Below are positions 58,901-64,000 of a DNA stretch of 64,000 nucleotides, in pieces. The position numbers and the translations under genes were made by a program. Position 1 is the stretch's first letter, and the number at the start of each line of letters is the position of its first letter. The DNA is taken from the IMG/VR virus record IMGVR_UViG_3300042898_002111, positions 3,799 through 67,798 of that record; one strand, given 5' to 3'. The notes under the pieces were generated by a model. That model saw only the letters and a program-made list of their open reading frames with translations. It made no database searches and was not told where the DNA came from. Source of the stretch: a virus.

Positions 58901-61900
58901 TGTGGCATTTGATGTAAATCCAGAACTCTGTCGTACACCATTTAAACTGACACGCAAAGTGCTAGAATTAATAGGATTTGCTGTGAAAAACGCGGTTCTT
59001 CCATTGGCTGCAAATGTTTCAATACTGCGATCATAGACATAAACTGTACCGGCAGCACTTACACCAGACACTGCTTCGTATGGTGCGGCAATAATAGTTT
59101 GACTGGCATCACTAGTAGTCTTGACTAGACTACCAAATGCTGCGGTAGCGTTGCTGCCCACCGAAATAGTATTAGCGTAGGTGTAATAGCTATTAGCATT
59201 AGAGTGAAATACCTCCACGTTTCCTTTATTGGGCGCACCAACGAACAACCAAGTGCCATCAGCACTGGCGCTAATACTTTGCCCAAATTTGTTTCCAGTA
59301 TTACTGGCCCAGTTACTGGTAATAGTCTGAATTGGAGTTAGTGTAATATTACCATTATGTCGGTAGACGTATACACGACCATGATGTGTTGTGCCGTTTC
59401 CTGGTGTACCAACATAAAGTATATTGCCCTTAATGTCCAGACTGGAACCAAAGTTAGTAACTGTGTCAGTTGTACCAATGTTGGCAAATTGTGTTAATAT
59501 GTTCCCGTTGGTCAAGTTAGCAGTGAATACCAGAACGTTGCCATTCATTACACTAGTAGCACTGGCAGCAGCTAAATTTCCGTAATTATTGATTGCAACT
59601 ACACCACCAAATCCAGAGTCACGATTTTGCGTATTGGCCTGTGGGGACATACTACCAGTGGCCAAGTCCGCTTCTGACCAGGGCGTCGATTTGTTGTATA
59701 CTACCCAATTACTGTCACCAGAATCATCAACCCACAATTTGTCATTGTTTTTCCAAGTCTTGGGTGGCGTGAGTGTAGCAACATCGGTGTCTTGTTTTAG
59801 TCTTAGACTCTGTAGGCGAAATATTGTGCCCAACCCAGTCACACTCTGAGCAGATCTGATCTGCTCCAGAACTATCCCAGACAATATAACATTAAAACTG
59901 ACCGCACTATTGATGTTAATTACCTGATAAAATCCATCGATTCTAGAGTCAAATCCCTTGACTGCCAATAAGTCACCAATAGCAAAATTATTGGGGCGGC
60001 GAGTAGTGATTTCAGCTACATTATCTATGCTGTAGTTTATTGAAGTAATGACTGAATTTGTTTCGTACGCACGATATACTGTCCAGTCTCCGGAAAAATC
60101 CTTGGCGCACCAAATTTTATATCCCACTGTTACTTTGGATATAACTGAATTTAAATCCCTATAATTTCCTATATCAAATATAGTGGTATCCACATCATTG
60201 ACACTAACGTAACCGGCAGTTTTAATATCGTTATAATAGGTACTAGTTTCATCACGGTCTATAAAAATATTTGGTGAGTAATTAACAGCAGGTTTTCTGT
60301 ACAATTGATTGGGCAAGACCCCCACGGTCCGATCAGAACTTGCACCACCATTGGGTAATAATGTAAAGGTAATAGGATCACCAGTAAATTGTTCTTCGAC
60401 AAGAGTCACTTCCACAAATTGATTATTTTCAATGGACCCGTATTCCCCCAATCGCATAGCCCATTCTTCATATAAGTTAATGGTACTCGTAACTCCATTG
60501 AATCCTGCGGCAGTGAACGCATTGATAGCGTTAATTGTTCCTTTTTCCTTGATAAATCCCTGATAGAATTTAGCCTGGGTTACTTGATCTATACCAAAAT
60601 CAGTCATATACTTACGTGGGCTAAATCCAATCATTCTCTGACTAAAATTAGTCATGCCCATAGTGGGCTCGGGATTGTTTACATCAAATAAGTTATTAAA
60701 TTTTTGTGCGTTATAGCTAAAGTTGGGTAACAATCCTGTTTTAATTTGATCACTGGTTATTGGTGCCCAGGAGGTAATATTAAATTCAGAGGTTGCGTCA
60801 AGATCAGTCAGTGCCACATAATATTGTGTTTTATGTATTACTAGACTTCCCTTTTTAAAATCAATACCTGGTCTCCATTCATCTATAGTTGGATTGTTAT
60901 AAATAAATCCTGGTGGATTTAATATGCCCGTCCAACTACCAGTTTTATTTCCCACCAACCGTAGACGATATTGTCTATTACCCAACTCAGGCTTATATAT
61001 GATATCATTGAATACTGTAGTGTTATCAAATATCAGTGCATGCTCGTATTCTACTATTTCTAAACTTGCTAGAGCAATGGTCTGACCAATATTTGTTCTA
61101 AGGCTAAATCGATTTTCAGTTCTGGTCACAGTAAATTGATTGTTTCGAATGAAATCAAAATTTGTACCCAAGATACGAGATCCGTTAGGGGTATTGGTGA
61201 TGGCATCCACAGTGCCATTTTCAATTGATAACTTGATAGTATCCAGAACTGGACTTAAAACAATAAGATTATTTTCACCCCATCCCTGCTGACTCCAAAT
61301 TAAAAATTCTCGCACACTCAGTTTGAAGTCGCGCTGTGTCTCCAATTCACTATCAAAGTTAGTGAAATTCATTCCCACTGCTGTCAAGTACCGTTCGTAA
61401 CTTATTAAAAAGTCCACTATTTGTTGTTTGTTTCTAAATTCGTATCCATAAGGAACTGTTATTTTATACTTTTGAAAGTCCTCGTATATCACACCCGTGT
61501 CACCGTTTACTTTGATGCCGTAAGCATTGTTGTTGGCAATACTAGGAATAATGGTAAAGAACGGGTCATCTTGATTATACCCACTTACAGTGTATCCATT
61601 TTCACTACGTTCAATGATTACTGCACTGTATACCACTGTACTGACCGGGGTCGATTTGTGTAATAAAAGATTATAATTTTCAGATGGAATTACTATTCCA
61701 CTATTAGTGCTAGTGGGGCTACTTTGTTCTGCGATTACTTGTAACAAAGATTTGTCGCTGTATCCAGCCATCTTATAAGCCAATTGGACACTAACATTCT
61801 TTAAATATCCAGAGATTTTAGCAATTGGATCTATACCTAAATTTTTAAGATAATCAGCAATCCAATTCAAATACCCAGCAGTTCTAACTATTTCACCTGT

Positions 61901-64000
61901 GGTAGTGTCCCCGTTGATGTTTACTTGTGTGGGGGTGATACGACCCAGTGTGTCTGACAAAACATACTGATCCAATGCATCGTTTTTAAAATAACGATCC
62001 ACGTTCATCAAACTACCAAAATAGTACCCAGGACGACTTAATGCAATTGCTTGCTGCATAGCAAATGGGAAGTCGCTGCTGCGGCGCCAGGCAGTTTCCA
62101 CTGGCCCTTGCTCGCCCACTGAGTAGCTGGCGTTTGCCTCATTGCTACTAAAGTTTGTTACTAAAAACTGATCGGGACTACGCAAAACACCATACTCATC
62201 CACTGGTATAAAATTAGTTAAATTGGGGCGAACAAATCGTACATCGTACCCAGCTCGAGGACCAGAATGTATATAACCTTGGGATAGTTCTCGCCAAAGG
62301 ACCAAGTTACCGCCAGTGTATGGTGCTGGTCCATAGCGTGTTTCCCACCAGTCGGGTTGTTCTGAAAATCCCAACATTTCCCAAGGGTGTGTGTGTGGGC
62401 GATCAGTGTCATAGAAATATTTAAAAATACTTCTCCAGGCACCAGTTAATACTTCACCATTTACCAGATCTCGGAATCGACGATAATTCCAAGTCCAGGG
62501 ATTCCCAGATTGAAAGTATGTGTTGTTTGTAAAATCAACACGATTTCCACCGGCCCATTTTAAAAACGGCGATGTCAGAAGACGATTAAATTCTGAAAAT
62601 TCGTAATCTTGATCTCTAAATTTTCCAGGCAAATAATTATACAAGTTAAATTCGTTTTCTTCATAACTAATTTTAATATTGTTGTAGATTCTCTTTTCAA
62701 ACTCTAACAATAGTGCGTCGCGGAAATCACCAAAAGCCGGAGTAATAGAGCCGTCGTGCCCCTGTATTACCTCAATGGGCGTCTGATATGTATTGTCTAC
62801 ATAGATGCTTGGAGTGAACTTGGGGTATAATCCCAGCTTGGTTGGCGTTTCTGGTATGTAGTTGCCATCAGTGTTGTTGTATTCAACAATATCTAATCGA
62901 TCACCTGCCTCCAATGAAAAATTACTGTCTATAGTAAACCCAGCACGATTGGTGTCAAAAGTGTAATCTACTCCCTTGATTAATTGCTGACCATTGATAT
63001 AAATTAAGATGGCGCGATTACTTAACGCTGTGTCATCAAATATACTGGTAATTTCGTAACCACGAATCTGTGCATTAATTATGTCGTAGCTAATGGTGGT
63101 TTTGTTATCACCATATGGTACCATGTCACTGTAATACCAAGGAAATGTTTTGTTTTTTACTTCATTAATTTTCTTGAGTAATAAGTTAGTAGTAGCCACT
63201 GCATCAGAAATATCTACTTCAGGACTAGTTACTGCTAATTCTAAAAATTTATTCTTAATATTACTATACTCATGTCGAGCTAAATCCAATCCTTTAAGGA
63301 AGTTAACATTTGCGTCAACTAAAAAAAGCTCACTGTATAGTACTGGGCTGGCATGCTGAACTATACTACCACCCATTGATTTAATTGATAAGTCGCGAAT
63401 ATTACTTGCACCCGGAACTGCACCAATTACTCGATTGCTGTTCTCCACAATAGTAACCAAATGGTTTCTAAGTTGTCCCAGGGTCAAATCTATAAAATTT
63501 TTATTTTCAGTATTGAAATCTAAATTCTTAGGAACTTCATAATATCCCAATTCACTGACATTGTCGCTGTAGATCAGAATATCTATGTGATCACCAACTG
63601 CTAACGAGGTATCGGTAATATTAACAAACTGCCGAATGCCTGATTGCACCACAGCATATTGAGTGTCTGACAATAATTTACTGTTTTTATAAACTCGCAA
63701 ATTGGGGGTTTGCCCAGAAGCTTTGGGGGAAATGTCGATTTCAAAGCCAGTACCGACACCATTGAACGTTCCACGTATAATTTGAAATTGTTTAGATTCT
63801 TCAATATTTTTAACCCAAACATTTCTTGGTACAAATGAGTCTATATCAATATTTTTTCTTATAGTACCGCTATTCACCAAAACACCAGTACTATTGTCGT
63901 AATTAAAAGTATCATTATCAAAATTGTTAACAAATTGGATATCTCCAATCTGATTAAAATTACGATAACTTAATGGGAATCCTAATATTACATCATTGGT
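52985..64000 (-). CDS. Giant virion structural protein (baseplate-wedge-like), partial, >3670 aa
   Basis: The frame stays open from 63880 to the window edge (TNDVILGFPLSYRNF..). FG-GAP-like propeller repeats (FGSSLD/FGQSIS/VGAP), YISEVKPYRT, G.GYT..PTI.I.G and FSSHSPEEL.PG. Confidence 0.8.
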   Translation of the reverse strand, partial: TNDVILGFPLSYRNFNQIGDIQFVNNFDNDTFNYDNSTGVLVNSGTIRKNIDIDSFVPRNVWVKNIEESKQFQIIRGTFNGVGTGFEIDISPKASGQTPNLRVYKNSKLLSDTQYAVVQSGIRQFVNITDTSLAVGDHIDILIYSDNVSELGYYEVPKNLDFNTENKNFIDLTLGQLRNHLVTIVENSNRVIGAVPGASNIRDLSIKSMGGSIVQHASPVLYSELFLVDANVNFLKGLDLARHEYSNIKNKFLELAVTSPEVDISDAVATTNLLLKKINEVKNKTFPWYYSDMVPYGDNKTTISYDIINAQIRGYEITSIFDDTALSNRAILIYINGQQLIKGVDYTFDTNRAGFTIDSNFSLEAGDRLDIVEYNNTDGNYIPETPTKLGLYPKFTPSIYVDNTYQTPIEVIQGHDGSITPAFGDFRDALLLEFEKRIYNNIKISYEENEFNLYNYLPGKFRDQDYEFSEFNRLLTSPFLKWAGGNRVDFTNNTYFQSGNPWTWNYRRFRDLVNGEVLTGAWRSIFKYFYDTDRPHTHPWEMLGFSEQPDWWETRYGPAPYTGGNLVLWRELSQGYIHSGPRAGYDVRFVRPNLTNFIPVDEYGVLRSPDQFLVTNFSSNEANASYSVGEQGPVETAWRRSSDFPFAMQQAIALSRPGYYFGSLMNVDRYFKNDALDQYVLSDTLGRITPTQVNINGDTTTGEIVRTAGYLNWIADYLKNLGIDPIAKISGYLKNVSVQLAYKMAGYSDKSLLQVIAEQSSPTSTNSGIVIPSENYNLLLHKSTPVSTVVYSAVIIERSENGYTVSGYNQDDPFFTIIPSIANNNAYGIKVNGDTGVIYEDFQKYKITVPYGYEFRNKQQIVDFLISYERYLTAVGMNFTNFDSELETQRDFKLSVREFLIWSQQGWGENNLIVLSPVLDTIKLSIENGTVDAITNTPNGSRILGTNFDFIRNNQFTVTRTENRFSLRTNIGQTIALASLEIVEYEHALIFDNTTVFNDIIYKPELGNRQYRLRLVGNKTGSWTGILNPPGFIYNNPTIDEWRPGIDFKKGSLVIHKTQYYVALTDLDATSEFNITSWAPITSDQIKTGLLPNFSYNAQKFNNLFDVNNPEPTMGMTNFSQRMIGFSPRKYMTDFGIDQVTQAKFYQGFIKEKGTINAINAFTAAGFNGVTSTINLYEEWAMRLGEYGSIENNQFVEVTLVEEQFTGDPITFTLLPNGGASSDRTVGVLPNQLYRKPAVNYSPNIFIDRDETSTYYNDIKTAGYVSVNDVDTTIFDIGNYRDLNSVISKVTVGYKIWCAKDFSGDWTVYRAYETNSVITSINYSIDNVAEITTRRPNNFAIGDLLAVKGFDSRIDGFYQVININSAVSFNVILSGIVLEQIRSAQSVTGLGTIFRLQSLRLKQDTDVATLTPPKTWKNNDKLWVDDSGDSNWVVYNKSTPWSEADLATGSMSPQANTQNRDSGFGGVVAINNYGNLAAASATSVMNGNVLVFTANLTNGNILTQFANIGTTDTVTNFGSSLDIKGNILYVGTPGNGTTHHGRVYVYRHNGNITLTPIQTITSNWASNTGNKFGQSISASADGTWLFVGAPNKGNVEVFHSNANSYYTYANTISVGSNATAAFGSLVKTTSDASQTIIAAPYEAVSGVSAAGTVYVYDRSIETFAANGRTAFFTANPINSSTLRVSLNGVRQSSGFTSNATAVTFTNPPVAGSPVTLETNKFQLMQQLVDPKPKSGSAFGSASDISGDDADIYISSPGFSEPGYHSGVVHRFVNSGERYGNVLGSVSDPLVTISDSIRINGQLITFSNIYLANVVSAINSANITGVSASSTNSNALLITSNITTTVDKLVITPGNSANVLANLGVNVYTNIQTIYHLGQDDVNGFGSKLAISPDGYSLAVSGPGSTTYNTFVIDNGATMIDQGATSFLDPIMAAGAVYVYGLVGSSLSGAAQDQLVFVQRLQNTNLSSYDQFGSSLASNSETLLVGAPGDDSDLVLNEATGEYSNLSNAGAIYTYKNLSGNVGWDVIRTQESKVDLDSINRLYLFDTATNTILTNLDYIDPIKGKLLGAAQQDIDYWTAYDPAVYNVAGGTDYVTNDVSVNLDFNWGAEQVGRTWWNVNKVRFIDYEQGNITYRSNSWSDLFPGSQVQVAEWVVSNNPPSQYTGDGEPLYPVDNSVYVSETFVDPNTKILRSRYYFWVINKNSVDTLQTSRRNSIVTLEDMISNPQAQGIPYAAVLKNDTVSLYNVNRYIKGNSTVLHMDYDYVKNDNIIHSEYQLVQEGNNNSIIPERIVNKLRDSLAGQDQFLNPVPDPALPIQSNVGISRDQSIFIDRLTAVKNWAGYVNSIMLTVPVINDFNIDRLYAAQEQPLAEDYDLTVNSYEELGYINVNGLLNGYVVLVINDETQGGLWATYTFVIVDEDTAAFVLTTTQSYYTPFYWSKIDWYDSTYDYTIKPVYQVNNIADIQKLVPRSGDTVKVLNNGRGQWEIYRFDDSLVENLVGVQNGTIQLNDNLWNTENSAQYEIRVIFDALQQDIFKERLSGKFNEMFFFLINYILTEQKTVDWIFKTSFVSIVHQLRKLEQFPNYIRDNQTYYENYISEVKPYRTSLREYLLNYQVSDLYENNITDFDIPSTYDSDLKIYRSPDLTLDKDEYTLANDAIYQDWYNNYGYGIGAVEVVNAGNTNDIPVVTLNVRNANVTVNAGDYITQPVTGANGVVQVSSVDSIITLQNVTGAFTNILETLTLNSNANVYVGNTIVQLSTGAYGNVFITSTGNTVTLSNVVGEFSNSTVGNAYIYRDGANLAANVTTTTIDNAYIFNNDSNLQVNVDAINFYTLSFGGYYETPLISVVGGGGSGARVIAHINPTYSNIARFEVVAPGSGYTSQPTITINGTGSGALGYARLVGEYYVDSLPTTQLTLSANVTVYEGNLISQPISTAQGYVYTTSNNANVITLTDVTGTFTSNTSLNNFIYTLESNLGAKITSINNFTQFVDRSYNKVRTFDSVLKFDRIGSQLESGDLLGNISINGVDSLIPFTAQAYYGTKVIDWASNITIPANTTVRYDGVAYRTTANVYNSTTMKLNGNITVVAGDYITQDNNTANAQVVTSVVSGNVLTVANISSDFLPRGGNLLINSVAVGVRPSTVTNVFDYSQFTKINASDFDNANDRIAAYYSPLAGMPGRDLDNLVSGLEYPGVRVQGVKFNAFSSNITSNIISYHHSNLSLISSNIITRLTLSTNANVWVGNTITQLSTGAYGNVYSISTGNVVTLSRVVGVFSSNAANIYVYRDGANLTANVTAISNVNDYFDFTTTEYATGEYLTVSNLDLPVSANLTFKIVNITNDRLQLSEIAGATFSIAHGSNVSLKYYDFHNPINLDSTIQSAYQDSDLGLRAEDINIDGGAYYDTFSSHSPEELIPGQLFDHVAISVYTKILSNTQIVGYRMVTNARSEITSNISTSYWPDYYRISASNTTVLTSNLNITDSNISVGDASVLASPNVALNIPGAIYINGEKIVYWRNYATEAKTAWVANVLVASNRLITYSGNTYLTSGNVYAANFANITANVTQVSNNTLAQIRRSADKTGAPLIHIVGSIVDDLGYNQKIPSTGLGVDSSHKGTWLNFNANVDLISKTIIDDLGNELNDHTGNTLVTSTVLSAPFDGTGIEGSTAAQAMFVKGL

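Noticed and set aside
63878-63880. Start codon of the giant protein at 63880
   Set aside because: The frame is open to the window edge, so the gene starts upstream.
1-64000. Stop-codon reassignment as seen in some large phages
   Set aside because: Genes tile densely and intact in the standard code, with TAA, TGA and TAG all ending genes.

Overview
This is a gene-dense 64 kb segment of a large (probably jumbo) dsDNA tailed phage genome, read in the standard genetic code. I saw no rRNA, tRNA or CRISPR array. The + strand arm (1-23.5 kb) carries a 7-deazapurine/queuosine-type cluster: a PRTase C-terminus, QueD-like, class II aldolase, YhhQ-like transporter, a radical SAM protein and QueE. It also carries an RNase H-like 5'-3' exonuclease, FkbM methyltransferase, SleB-like hydrolase, a ParB-like/GIY-YIG-like pair, MoxR ATPase plus VWA-peptidase, DHFR, ThyA, an NDP-sugar epimerase and a DegT aminotransferase. 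The - strand arm (23.5-64 kb) runs from a giant virion protein (>3670 aa, open past the window edge) through tail-fibre genes into a ~22 kb modification locus. That locus holds several glycosyltransferase-like genes, eight tandem radical SAM paralogs with N-terminal auxiliary Cys motifs, a 33-aa peptide, an SGNH protein, a carbamoyltransferase and a 1210-aa tandem-repeat pseudo-glycosyltransferase. Non-coding highlights are a preQ1-I-like pseudoknot leader coupled to an SD-sequestering hairpin before queD, a promoter-driven three-hairpin RNA with twin GAUUCGCUCCC loops, a family of sigma70-type early promoters, and ATAAATA late-promoter-like motifs. All family calls come from motif recognition by eye; no database searches were run.
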